A stretch of DNA of 64,000 nt from Paludibacteraceae bacterium (lineage in GTDB: Bacteria > Bacteroidota > Bacteroidia > Bacteroidales > Paludibacteraceae), in assembly GCA_045627765.1 (NCBI GenBank), contig JAZQOG010000036.1, positions 1,045 through 65,044 on the forward strand, given 5' to 3'. The translations under genes and the position numbers were made by a program. The notes under the pieces are model-generated. The model saw only the letters and a program-made list of their open reading frames with translations. It ran no database searches and had not been told where the DNA came from. The first letter of the stretch is position 1; each line of letters begins with the position of its first letter. This document shows positions 18,531-27,702 of the stretch, piece after piece.

Positions 18531-19270
18531 TGCGAAAGGTCGTAATTGTAATCGGTTTATTAGTGTTTGCTCTTTCCATGCAAGCCGAAGTGGTGCTTAT
18601 GAAGTCGGGCAAACGATATACGGGAGAGGTGGTCTTCCAAAATGAAGAAGTGGTTATTATCCGTGACGCTACGGGTACGCGTTTCCAGTGTCCGATGGCG
18701 GAGGTGCGTTCTATTGGTGCGCAAGACTTAGAGCAGACACCCATGCTCACGAACATCGCTAATTCCGAGGTGCAGATTCCGACGCGTAAGGTCTCTTTGT
18801 CCATTGAGGCAGCCGGAGGTGCAGCGACTTTGCCTAAGACCGGATGGGGTGGGTATATGACGGCGGATTTCTTGATTGGTACCCGTAGGGTGATGAATAA
18901 GGAGATCTTGCTCGGTGGTGCAGTCGGTTATACGGGTGTGTTCTTGGCGGATAAAACCTATTCGTTTATTCCCATTCAGTTGGTGGCGCGTATTCCTATT
19001 ATAGATGCGCAGCATGCACCGCAGGTAAATTTCTCGGCGGGTTATGGTATCGCTGCTTCAAAGAACTATAAGGGCGGTTTGCACGCTGCGATAGATATCT
19101 GCTATCGGTATCAGATGACGGCTAAGTCGGCGGTGTTGTTAGGAGCGAATGTTGTTTTTCAGCAGACGTCTTTGAGTGTGATGGAGTCCTACGAGAAGGG
19201 GCAATATGAGAACCCGACGGCGGGGCGTTGTTTAATAGGAATAGGAGCTAAGTTTGCGATTGTTTTCTAA
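18527..19270 (+). CDS. hypothetical secreted/outer-membrane protein
   Basis: 247 aa. Signal peptide [20 protein letters not shown], beta-strand-rich and Gly/aromatic-rich C-terminal half. ATGA overlap with rnr. Confidence 0.5.
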   Translation: MMRKVVIVIGLLVFALSMQAEVVLMKSGKRYTGEVVFQNEEVVIIRDATGTRFQCPMAEVRSIGAQDLEQTPMLTNIANSEVQIPTRKVSLSIEAAGGAATLPKTGWGGYMTADFLIGTRRVMNKEILLGGAVGYTGVFLADKTYSFIPIQLVARIPIIDAQHAPQVNFSAGYGIAASKNYKGGLHAAIDICYRYQMTAKSAVLLGANVVFQQTSLSVMESYEKGQYENPTAGRCLIGIGAKFAIVF

Positions 19271-19470
19271 TGAAATCGGGAGTATCACATAGTAAGAAGC
19301 AGCCGCGTGTGCATCGTATCTCTATTGTGTTGAACGATAGTGAGAAGCGTGCGTTGGATAAGTATTGTGATAAATATACGGTCAAGAACCGCAGTAAGCT
19401 CATTCGCCAAACCTTAATGCAAAACATCCTCAAGCGTTTCGACCAAGATAATCCCACCTTGTTCGATTGA
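19270..19470 (+). CDS. small ribbon-helix-helix-like protein
   Basis: 66 aa. HRISIVLNDSEKRALDKYCDKY..NRSKLIRQTLMQNI fits a strand-helix-helix pattern. TAATG coupling to the upstream gene. Confidence 0.5.
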   Translation: MKSGVSHSKKQPRVHRISIVLNDSEKRALDKYCDKYTVKNRSKLIRQTLMQNILKRFDQDNPTLFD

Positions 19471-19498
19471 TTCTTGCCTACCAAGAGGCTCGTGCATG

Positions 19499-19675
19499 CT
19501 ATAGTTTGGTAACTAACTCCTCCAAGCCAATGACATAAACATGGTCGCGTAAAGGATAGGAGTCTTGAATAGGACAAACTACATACGTTTCATCCGGATG
19601 AAGGGTCTCTATTGCTTTCCAAAATCCGTCTGTGAGTTGAGGCGCCGTACCGGACTTACATTCTCTACCGTTTTT
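19499..19675 (-). pseudogene. C-terminal remnant of a COG1373-type (AAA_14/DUF4143) ATPase
   Basis: A 59-codon open frame without a start codon: ...KSGTAPQLTDGFWKAIETLHPDETYVVCPIQDSYPLRDHVYVIGLEELVTKL*. It resembles the conserved tail of that family. An ATG at 19704 gives only a 31-aa frame-shifted ORF. Confidence 0.45.
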
Positions 19676-19756
19676 TCACCATTTCTACGTATTAATTCAC
19701 TCATAATAAAGTTGTTATATTAAAATGTGCAATTAGAAAATCAAATTTTCGATTTG

Positions 19757-19764
19757 CAAAGGTA
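19757..19764 (-). promoter_or_regulatory. -7 box TACCTTTG upstream of the ATPase remnant
   Basis: Plus strand reads caaaggta, followed by the conserved ttttttttgatataaccaaat. Confidence 0.6.
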
Positions 19765-19863
19765 CGCTTTTTTTTGATATAACCAAATGTTTTATGAATT
19801 TTTGTCTAAAAAAAGTGTTTTTTGGGGCATATAAATCAAAACGAGCCCCGTCAATACAAAAAA

Positions 19864-19894
19864 CTACACAAAAGGGTCTGTCCCCTTTGTGTAG
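19864..19894 (-). terminator. rho-independent terminator
   Basis: CTACACAAAAGGG-tctgt-CCCCTTTGTGTAG, with a T6 run on the minus strand (plus-strand aaaaaa 19857-19863). Confidence 0.7.
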
Positions 19895-19902
19895 TTTTAT
19901 TA

Positions 19903-19948
19903 TCTTTCAGGCGTTAGCCGATCCCTACTCCTCTACTCCTCTACTCCT
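19903..19948 (-). repeat. core motif TCTTTCAGGCGTTAGCCGATCC followed by CTACTCCT x3
   Basis: Same layout as 21440-21513 downstream of the 1745-aa gene. Confidence 0.85.
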
Positions 19949-20007
19949 AGCACATTATATATCCGGCCGGCATTGATGAGGTAGATCTGGTCGTTGATAA
20001 GGAGTTT
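19933..20007 (-). pseudogene. 24-codon remnant of a surface-protein C-terminal tail
   Basis: KLLINDQIYLINAGRIYNVLGVEE* matches KLLRNGNIYLINGGRVYNATGVQLR* at the end of the 1745-aa protein (15 of 22 aligned positions identical). It abuts the stop codon of the ATPase gene. Confidence 0.55.
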
Positions 20008-21217
20008 AGTACAATAGCCCGAACATCCAAAGAGGGATACGATTACGGCTACCGGTCTCAACACCATCTACAGCCAAGAAACTATTGGATTCATCTTTGA
20101 TTTGTTCAAACGATTTGCTTTTTCCACCCACTTCAAAGAGGTAGGTTTGGTTCACAAGAAAATCACCTTTGTGCGGATAATTTACCTGAGCAACATAACG
20201 CAATTGATTGAAGAAGAATGATTCTCGAATTGTGCCAACATCCTGTTTCCTGCCCAACGCATACATAAGGTTCGGATTGTCCATAAGGATTTTGTCCGGT
20301 CGGCTCAACATTTTTAGAGCTTTGGCGTTATCCGATAATAATCCAAGCAGACCGGCACGTTGCAGCGCATATAGCATTTTGAGTCCTTGATTTCGATCGG
20401 TTTCCAATTCCCGATATAGGTCGCTCATTGTTGGCATCTGCGGAACTTGTTCTGCAAGCACCATCAGCATCTTTTTCGCTTTGCGAATGGTGCTGATCTC
20501 CACCTCTTCTATGGCAGGATAATCGACGTCCAATATATGATTAACAACACGCTGTAACCGTTGGTAATAACCGCGTTTGGCCTCTTTGTAGAACGGGTAG
20601 TATCCATATTCCAAATATTGGTTGAAATGCACCAAAATATCTTTTGATTGTTGTGTAATAGACATAGATAGATTAGTATGGTTTATCAAAAGATCTTCCA
20701 ACTGAATAGCGGGAATGGTCAAGACTCCTTCCAACTCCAAATACTCTCTAAAGGACAAACCGCTCAACGGATATTCAACCACTCTACGGCTTAAATCCGC
20801 TATGCCGCTCTCCATTTGCAATAAACTACTACCAGAGAAAACAATATGCATTCCAGGACAGTCATCATAGATATTCTTGAGGACAATCTGCCAAGGTTTG
20901 TAATGATGCACTTCATCCAAAAACAAGAATCTTCCTCCGTGTGCATAAAAACATGACGCAACTTCGTATAGGCTATGATTGGTAAACCATAGATTGTCCA
21001 GTGATAGGAACAACACATCATCAATATTCGAGAATGTGTCACGTATGTGTTGAAGCATCAGTGTGGATTTACCCACTCCTTTCGGTCCTTTGATGCAAAT
21101 CAGTTTATCCTCCCAATCAATGTCATGGTAGATGTTTCTGTAGAATTTGCTGGTTGTGGCTTTCAGCCGATTGTGATACCCTTGAATAAGGTCTTCAATT
21201 TCCTTCAAACTATCCAT
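20006..21217 (-). CDS. AAA+ ATPase of the AAA_14/DUF4143 (COG1373) type
   Basis: 403 aa. Walker A GPKGVGKST, Walker B FLFLDEVH, C-terminal ...IPLWMFGLLY. Confidence 0.8.
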   Translation of the reverse strand: MDSLKEIEDLIQGYHNRLKATTSKFYRNIYHDIDWEDKLICIKGPKGVGKSTLMLQHIRDTFSNIDDVLFLSLDNLWFTNHSLYEVASCFYAHGGRFLFLDEVHHYKPWQIVLKNIYDDCPGMHIVFSGSSLLQMESGIADLSRRVVEYPLSGLSFREYLELEGVLTIPAIQLEDLLINHTNLSMSITQQSKDILVHFNQYLEYGYYPFYKEAKRGYYQRLQRVVNHILDVDYPAIEEVEISTIRKAKKMLMVLAEQVPQMPTMSDLYRELETDRNQGLKMLYALQRAGLLGLLSDNAKALKMLSRPDKILMDNPNLMYALGRKQDVGTIRESFFFNQLRYVAQVNYPHKGDFLVNQTYLFEVGGKSKSFEQIKDESNSFLAVDGVETGSRNRIPLWMFGLLY

Positions 21218-21315
21218 TTGTTCATATTTTTAAATATCGTATTTGTGCAATAAATAATGTTTAGAAACACTAAAATGTTATAAGAAATAATGTTTCAATT
21301 CATTAAATTCGACTG

Positions 21316-21323
21316 CAAAAGTA
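21316..21323 (-). promoter_or_regulatory. -7 box TACTTTTG for the ATPase gene
   Basis: Plus strand reads caaaagta, followed by aaaaaaaaatgatatatgcaaata. Confidence 0.65.
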
Positions 21324-21401
21324 CGAAAAAAAAATGATATATGCAAATAAATTAGAAAGAAAAGCGAAACTTTTTCAATTTTGACCCCAAGCATACAAAA
21401 A

Positions 21402-21430
21402 ATTAGCCCCATCATTACGATGAGGCTAAT
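21402..21430 (-). terminator. rho-independent terminator of the 1745-aa gene
   Basis: ATTAGCCCCATC-attac-GATGAGGCTAAT, with a T-run on the minus strand. Confidence 0.75.
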
Positions 21431-21439
21431 TTTTTTTAA

Positions 21440-21513
21440 TCTTTCAGGCGGCAGCCGGTCCGACAGCTGCAAGCGATCCGACAGCGTAAGCGGTCCGACA
21501 GCACAGCGGTCTG
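21440..21513 (-). repeat. core motif TCTTTCAGGCGGCAGCCGGTCC followed by about 16-bp-period CCGACAGC repeats up to the stop codon
   Basis: ggtccgacagctgcaagc gatccgacagcgtaagc ggtccgacagcacagc ggtctg, then cta (stop). Confidence 0.85.
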
Positions 21514-24500
21514 CTATCGGAGTTGTACTCCGGTAGCGTTATACACGCGCCCACCATTGATGAGGTAGATGTTACCGTTACGCAGGAGCTTCAGGGTCTT
21601 CCCTTCAGCCTCTCCGCCATTCAGCCTATCCGCCTGAATAGAAGTCGGCACTTTCGCCTCTACTTCGAGTAGGAGTTGGAAGCGGTTGTTGTACGTACCC
21701 TTATTCAGTTCTACGGTGTAGTTGCTCACGTTGAGGTCTGTGATGGAGCCATCCTCCATATCAAAGAGTTGAGCTGTTCCGCTGAACTCTTTCGGCATGG
21801 AGAAGGTGTAAGTACCATTCTTCGGAGCGCTCACACCGAGTGTTACGATTTGGTTTTGGAACGCAGTCTTGTTATAAGCCACATCGTATGCTCCGGCATA
21901 GGAGTATATATTGGGTTTGCCACTATTGGTCATCTTCATCATATCCTCGTTGAGGACGAAGTCTTCATTTGCTGCGTCAGCGAGGTTGATATAAGTATGG
22001 TCTTCCGCGCCATTGCCATTGAAGAAGAGCTCTACCATATAGTTCTTCTCGTCTGCATAATTATATTTCGGAGCAGAAGCCAATTCATTGATGATAGACG
22101 CTTTCGGCCATGTAACTAGTTCTTCTCGACCCCATTGTATGAAGTATGAATAAGAAGCCTTAAGTGTGAATTCTGCGTCATTAGTGGTTGCTTGTGGCGT
22201 ATAAGTGTTACTAGATGGATTATATATATAATAACTATCAAATGGCAAGCCTTTCGGATTTACAAGATTCTCGAATGTTGGTATACCAAATACGTTCCAG
22301 TTAGAGTCGGTATTCTTGTGATTCTTCTTCGGTTCCCCAAACTCACGATCAATGGTGCAAGTGTGTTCGGGGATCAATGATTTAGCTACACCATTGCTGA
22401 TAACATCAAAGTTATGAATCATTGATGGGAAACGGAAACTTACAGAGGCCTTACCATTAGACCATACTTCATCACTTTCTTGATCGAAGAAATCCGGATC
22501 GAGGTTAAGCGAGTATCCTACATTAGCTTCCATAATATCATCTTCATCCATTTGCTCCCAGAAGGTTGAGGTCTCAGCAAACCAACCAATTTGAGCACGC
22601 TTAGCACCATTATACTTTTGAATAACCCACTTCGTTCCGTAGCCATCTACGCCGAAGATATCTCCTACGCGTACATTGAACGGGAAACTAATCCAATAAA
22701 TATTGCGGTCGTATATATAAGTAGCCTCTTGCGTGTGACCATCGGTCATTATGCTCTTATTGAGTTGCAATTCTGCATACAAGGTCTTTACATGGAAGAT
22801 ACCACTTTCGTCATTGGCGAAACGAATAGAACGAAGGTCTTCTTGATGTTCTCGAGTGATGATAGCATCCGAATGGAGGTCTATTCTACCATTAATCTCT
22901 TCATCTCCGGGTATCCAACCGGCAACAAGGCGGTCGGTCTTGAAGTCATATACCATCTGCATATGGTAGGCATTATTATCTGTCGATGTGTTATCGCCAA
23001 TTAAGTAGTCATAACTCGTTACTGTACCATCCGCATTACCTGCGCCATAGAAGAACTGGTAATAGTTCTTATATTTAGCGCGCAATGCGATTTGTGCACC
23101 CGGTTGTGCATACACATCAATAGGATATACGAAATCTTGAGAATCCTCGAATTTAAGATCGGTTACTTCTTGCGTTTGTTCCTCATCCGAATAGATTTTT
23201 TTACTGGAGGATTGATTGTTAATCACTCGTAAAAATTGATCTTCAATCGTTCCGCAGAGATAAGCACGAGCCAGTTCACCTGTCTTATGCATAAACATAA
23301 AGCGGACAGAGGCTTTTTGACCCAATAATTTTCCTTCGGTACAAATAACATCATTAGTATAGGTTCCAAGCAAGTTGGAGTTATAGTCATTGGCTACTGC
23401 AAAATGAACATTGATATTTTCGTTATCACACCATTTGCACAGGTAATAATTAAACGCATTATTACGAGCTCCTTCTGTATAACGCATCTTTGCCAACGGA
23501 TTGGTCTTATAATCATCCCAACTATTTAGAGCATCCGTACGAACATAGTAGTCTCCTGTATAGGCAGCAGGAGTACCCATGGTAATGTCATCACCGGATT
23601 TGGTAAATGTAATGGTATAGATGCCGCCTTCGCTAATTGAAGAAACCGTAACATCTTGCAGTTTTTGCCATCCCTTACCAGGTTCTTGTTTCTGTATTTC
23701 GTATTTTGTTGCTTCGGCATTTGAATAGAACGACAATATTTCGGATTGCGCTCCATCTTCAGGCATTAAAATCTCATTGGAATAATATTGTTTGTCCGCA
23801 GTAACAACCAAACGCACATAAGCCGTGAGGTCAGGGGCATTTTTATTGAACCAAACCTTACCGTTTTTCACAAATAGATACCAATTGTGTTGACCCAAAT
23901 CAGAGTGTCCTGACGATTCTTGGTTGTTGGTATAAAAACCACTTAATCCGGTTTGTGTTTCTACGAGTGCTATTCCTGATTCATAAGACTCATGGCCTTG
24001 CCCTGTTGCATAGTATCCATTTTCCGCAGTACCACTCATTGATTTGTGCTTGATGGCATCATAAATCCAAAACGCATCATAGTCCTGACCAAATGTCCAT
24101 GGACCAAAATAATACACTCCTTTTTCCATTGTCGGTTGAAGATGGACATCTTTAGCCCCATCACAACCTATAGCAGAATGGTCTTGCTGTGTTGCCTTAG
24201 TATTTAAAGTTGCCAAATTATCCGTCCCCCAGAAATGTGATCCTACGATATAATACACCGGCTCTTTTACTTCAAACACATCCGAAGTGCAGGTTGAGTT
24301 GAAGAATCCGGTAGTAGCATCATTGATAGTAAGCGTAATGGTGTAATTACCCGTTGATTCCACATTGAAAGAGACTTTTTTACCATCAGGAGAGAATGTT
24401 GTGGTCACAGGGACTCCATCTTGTTTTAATTGCCAATTATATACTTTGGTACCATCACCACCAGTGGTCGTCGGTTCTGCCGTAATCGTTTCCCCGATTT

Positions 24501-26751
24501 GATAAACAGTAGGAACAGCACCATCAACCTTAAGTGCAATAGCAGAAACAATTTCCGGAGCAAAGTAACGAACATATACATTTACATCTTCGGAGATGGT
24601 GGCGGTCAAGGTTTTTCTGTCGTCAGAGACAGCATAGCCGGACACACCCTCTAAAGAGTTTTTCGCTTGTTGATCTGCGAACCAACCTTGTACCGTATAG
24701 TTCGTAGTCAAGTTGGTGGCGCTAAAGACCACGTTTGACCCCTCGGCAACCTGAGCCCCATCTACTATACTTTCGTCATAATAAGTAACGGCAAGTTCTC
24801 CTTTATCTATTAAATCACCAATCTCACCAAAATGAACAGTATATGCTTGAGCAAATTTGACATACACCTCGGTATTTTCAGTTAGAGTGATGGAGTATTC
24901 GGTGTGCGCTTTAGCTGCTTCAATTCGCTCGGTGCATGCTTCATCACTATACCACCCTTCAACAACGTAATCGGTAGCGGGTGTGGCGGTGAAGGTAACA
25001 GTAGCACTCGCGTCAACATCTGCAGGAGAAGTAATTGCAACATTATCGACCTCTGCTTCCAAGATACCATTACCCGTTGAATGAACGCCAAAGGTAACTT
25101 TATAGGTCTGTACATGCCATTGGGCATAGAGAGTAGCACCAGCATCTGTAGTCCAATTCTCATTCCAGGTGCGAACACCGGATGCATTATAATATTGAAT
25201 ACCTTGTCCCTCAATTGCATCATCATAGTAACCTAAGAAAACATAACCCGTCTTTTGAGGTGCAGTAAAATTAGATAATGACGCAGGAAGTTGCTGATCA
25301 TAAGTCGCGGTAATTTGAGTCGGAGTACCGGCAACCGTTGCGCCATTACCATCCAAAGTAATAGTATAAGTTTTGGCAGTCCAATTCACAGTCACTTTAG
25401 CATTATTAGCGGTTGGCTTAAATGCATTATCAGTAACAGAACCATTTGTGCAAGAATAGCTATCAAACTCATAACCTGTAGCCGGAGTACCTTGGGTAAT
25501 GGAAACCGAAGAGCCTTTAGCCACTTGAGTTGAAGATAAATATGAAGCAGGATCTACCGTGCAGCCGACATCTTCAATTTGTAAGTCGGTATAAACAACA
25601 GTATAGTAAACATCTGTGCTGCTTTCTGCACCTTTTAGGTTACTATCTGAGGTATTGATACAGCAAGCTTTCACAGTAATTTTTCCAGAAGCAGTAAGAC
25701 TTTCAGATGTATAGGTGTTCGTTGTAGAGTAACTGCCCAAAGCAAAAGAATAGTTACGATGAGAATTGCCATCATCATGAGCCTTATTACTGGAAGCGGA
25801 GAGTGACAACTGGGTTCCATATTTTACCAAATAAGGGTCACTGCTTGTACCCGAACCTGATTTATATCCAGAAGCCGAAACAGCGAAATTCGAGACCGCA
25901 GGCGGAAGGATGGTGTAAGTCCAAGTGTAGTTGTTACTATTGTTGGAGAGATACCAACTAACATCAGTACAATTTGATTCACCAGCATAGTCTCCTTTCA
26001 GTTCCCACCAAATAGAAAGTGTATGATTACCCGACGGCTCAGTAGAAGAAGCAATCGTTTTTCCTGTAATATTTTTCCATTGTAACTCATACGGATCAGA
26101 AGAACCCGACCATGACCACTTGTCTGTAGGCTGAACATCTATCGTTGTACCGCCATCCTTCTTGTAGTGCATCGCACCATTATTTTTAGTGTCACAAACA
26201 TTACCGCCGTTCTTATTGAAGTTAAGATAAATATTAGTAATCTCTAAAGAGGATGTGATTGTGCCTAAATCGTAAGGGTCTTTAGTCCCATCAAATTTAT
26301 AATTTTTGCTTTCTCCATTTTTTGTATAATAGAGATGAGCGTAGTTAAAGACAGGGTCAGTTTTGTAGTCTTGCCAACTACCATCAAATAAATGAGATTT
26401 TATCCAATCCATTCCAACCCAATCATTGTAACATTGCCATGAATTTTCCTGACTACTCCCATTGTAACGTTGAAATTGGATTTCTTTACCACCATTTCCA
26501 GCCTTGTTCGTGAATGTAGTAGTATAAATTTCATTCCCCTTATAATACTTGCCTGTCGGAGTCATTGTCTGCCACATCCAACCTCCATCACCATTGTTAA
26601 AATTAGTCCTCACACTTTTAGAGGATGTCCAATCATCTCCCCACATTGCTTTTGGAACGCAATAAAATGTGACATCCCATGCCCAAAGGTTAATACTTGT
26701 CCCCAATAGCACAATACCGGCTAAGAGGAACTTTAAGAAATTGTGTTTCAT
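21514..26751 (-). CDS. 1745-aa secreted repeat-rich surface protein (Listeria-Bacteroides/InlB-B-type repeats, Ig-like modules, C-terminal tail motif)
   Basis: Signal peptide MKHNFLKFLLAGIVLLGTSINLWA. YTITLDGNGATV...TGYVFLGYY...ATLYAQW and three following about 80-aa repeats ending in GW(Y/F). The C-terminus G.Y...RFQLLLEVEA...LKLLRNGNIYLINGGRVYNATGVQLR resembles sorting tails of Bacteroidales surface proteins. Assignment to the T9SS is an inference. Confidence 0.75.
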   Translation of the reverse strand: MKHNFLKFLLAGIVLLGTSINLWAWDVTFYCVPKAMWGDDWTSSKSVRTNFNNGDGGWMWQTMTPTGKYYKGNEIYTTTFTNKAGNGGKEIQFQRYNGSSQENSWQCYNDWVGMDWIKSHLFDGSWQDYKTDPVFNYAHLYYTKNGESKNYKFDGTKDPYDLGTITSSLEITNIYLNFNKNGGNVCDTKNNGAMHYKKDGGTTIDVQPTDKWSWSGSSDPYELQWKNITGKTIASSTEPSGNHTLSIWWELKGDYAGESNCTDVSWYLSNNSNNYTWTYTILPPAVSNFAVSASGYKSGSGTSSDPYLVKYGTQLSLSASSNKAHDDGNSHRNYSFALGSYSTTNTYTSESLTASGKITVKACCINTSDSNLKGAESSTDVYYTVVYTDLQIEDVGCTVDPASYLSSTQVAKGSSVSITQGTPATGYEFDSYSCTNGSVTDNAFKPTANNAKVTVNWTAKTYTITLDGNGATVAGTPTQITATYDQQLPASLSNFTAPQKTGYVFLGYYDDAIEGQGIQYYNASGVRTWNENWTTDAGATLYAQWHVQTYKVTFGVHSTGNGILEAEVDNVAITSPADVDASATVTFTATPATDYVVEGWYSDEACTERIEAAKAHTEYSITLTENTEVYVKFAQAYTVHFGEIGDLIDKGELAVTYYDESIVDGAQVAEGSNVVFSATNLTTNYTVQGWFADQQAKNSLEGVSGYAVSDDRKTLTATISEDVNVYVRYFAPEIVSAIALKVDGAVPTVYQIGETITAEPTTTGGDGTKVYNWQLKQDGVPVTTTFSPDGKKVSFNVESTGNYTITLTINDATTGFFNSTCTSDVFEVKEPVYYIVGSHFWGTDNLATLNTKATQQDHSAIGCDGAKDVHLQPTMEKGVYYFGPWTFGQDYDAFWIYDAIKHKSMSGTAENGYYATGQGHESYESGIALVETQTGLSGFYTNNQESSGHSDLGQHNWYLFVKNGKVWFNKNAPDLTAYVRLVVTADKQYYSNEILMPEDGAQSEILSFYSNAEATKYEIQKQEPGKGWQKLQDVTVSSISEGGIYTITFTKSGDDITMGTPAAYTGDYYVRTDALNSWDDYKTNPLAKMRYTEGARNNAFNYYLCKWCDNENINVHFAVANDYNSNLLGTYTNDVICTEGKLLGQKASVRFMFMHKTGELARAYLCGTIEDQFLRVINNQSSSKKIYSDEEQTQEVTDLKFEDSQDFVYPIDVYAQPGAQIALRAKYKNYYQFFYGAGNADGTVTSYDYLIGDNTSTDNNAYHMQMVYDFKTDRLVAGWIPGDEEINGRIDLHSDAIITREHQEDLRSIRFANDESGIFHVKTLYAELQLNKSIMTDGHTQEATYIYDRNIYWISFPFNVRVGDIFGVDGYGTKWVIQKYNGAKRAQIGWFAETSTFWEQMDEDDIMEANVGYSLNLDPDFFDQESDEVWSNGKASVSFRFPSMIHNFDVISNGVAKSLIPEHTCTIDREFGEPKKNHKNTDSNWNVFGIPTFENLVNPKGLPFDSYYIYNPSSNTYTPQATTNDAEFTLKASYSYFIQWGREELVTWPKASIINELASAPKYNYADEKNYMVELFFNGNGAEDHTYINLADAANEDFVLNEDMMKMTNSGKPNIYSYAGAYDVAYNKTAFQNQIVTLGVSAPKNGTYTFSMPKEFSGTAQLFDMEDGSITDLNVSNYTVELNKGTYNNRFQLLLEVEAKVPTSIQADRLNGGEAEGKTLKLLRNGNIYLINGGRVYNATGVQLR

Positions 26752-26790
26752 AATTGTTTTGTTTTTTAAGTTAGTATTTTGAAAGTTTAA

Positions 26791-27075
26791 TCATTTTTGA
26801 TATTTTTTCAGCCATGCAACAACCTCAGGTGATAAATTTAATGAAGCCCAACTTGGACTATCTATTTCTACAACAAAAATCACATCCTCCGATTGTGCAT
26901 TTACCGATAAGGTATCTCGTAATTCTGTTACTGAAGCAGTTCCCGTCCTCAAAATCCACACATTATTATTATTTGATATACGAGCCCACTCTCCGAGTCC
27001 TTTCAGCAAGTTTACAACATTTTGTTTCTGCTGATCATTAGGAATATTCAATGTAATTAAATATTGATGTATCAT
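26791..27075 (-). CDS. hypothetical small soluble protein (94 aa)
   Basis: ATG start, 39 nt upstream of the 1745-aa gene, alternating beta/alpha pattern. Very AT-rich. Confidence 0.55.
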   Translation of the reverse strand: MIHQYLITLNIPNDQQKQNVVNLLKGLGEWARISNNNNVWILRTGTASVTELRDTLSVNAQSEDVIFVVEIDSPSWASLNLSPEVVAWLKKYQK

Positions 27076-27086
27076 ACTATCGTCTT

Positions 27087-27407
27087 TTAATGTTTAAAAT
27101 AATGTCCTACAACAAAACCAACAATACCGGCCAAACCTCCCATAATCGTACTTAATAATTCTCTTAAATCAGATGTATCTTTTAAAACTATGGGTATTAT
27201 AAAACTTACAAACACAACAGCAAAGAAGCCTAATATTATAAGTATCGCAACTTTGCTTCGTGTATCTTCTTGTTTTTTATTTATTTCCTGATCTCGTCCC
27301 AAAGATGTTTCTTGGTTGTCGCTATTGGCTTCTTGTGTTGGGGGATTAGGAGTGTCAACATTAGGAGTTGAAGGGGGTATACTTGATTTATTTTTATCGT
27401 TTTCCAT
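27087..27407 (-). CDS. hypothetical two-TM membrane protein (106 aa from ATG)
   Basis: The track start 27416 is TTG. The ATG at 27407 sits 1 nt after the upstream stop. The N-terminus is Pro/Asn/Gln-rich, followed by helices VAILIILGFFAVVFVSFIIPIVL and IMGGLAGIVGFVVGHYF. Confidence 0.55.
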   Translation of the reverse strand: MENDKNKSSIPPSTPNVDTPNPPTQEANSDNQETSLGRDQEINKKQEDTRSKVAILIILGFFAVVFVSFIIPIVLKDTSDLRELLSTIMGGLAGIVGFVVGHYFKH

Positions 27408-27408
27408 A

Positions 27409-27675
27409 TTATTCAAGATTTTGGTTATTTTTCTCTAATTCAATAAGACTGTCATTTGTTTCTATATCATGATTGGAGCAGATTATACTTTTTTGCGATT
27501 TATCTTTGGGCATCAAGCCCTGAAGACAACATTGAGTCATCATTCCGAAAAAAAATATAATTCCAACTGTTATACAAAACATTACTATCATTAAATGCGA
27601 TTCGTAATTTTCAAAGATCTTTTGTAATCTTTCCAATTTTGTTTTTTCTTTAGATTTAGAGTTTTCTTGATCCAT
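27409..27675 (-). CDS. hypothetical single-TM membrane protein (88 aa)
   Basis: Charged N-terminus, helix LMIVMFCITVGIIFFFGMM, Cys-rich juxtamembrane segment. Confidence 0.5.
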   Translation of the reverse strand: MDQENSKSKEKTKLERLQKIFENYESHLMIVMFCITVGIIFFFGMMTQCCLQGLMPKDKSQKSIICSNHDIETNDSLIELEKNNQNLE

Positions 27676-27702
27676 AATGATGAAAATTTAAAGTTATACA
27701 GA

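Noticed and set aside
26791-27075. Cas2-like identity for the 94-aa protein, based on an apparent beta-alpha-beta-beta-alpha-beta pattern.
   Set aside because: This was only a secondary-structure impression. There are no conserved catalytic residues, no CRISPR array and no other cas genes. The ferredoxin-like pattern is too generic to support the call.
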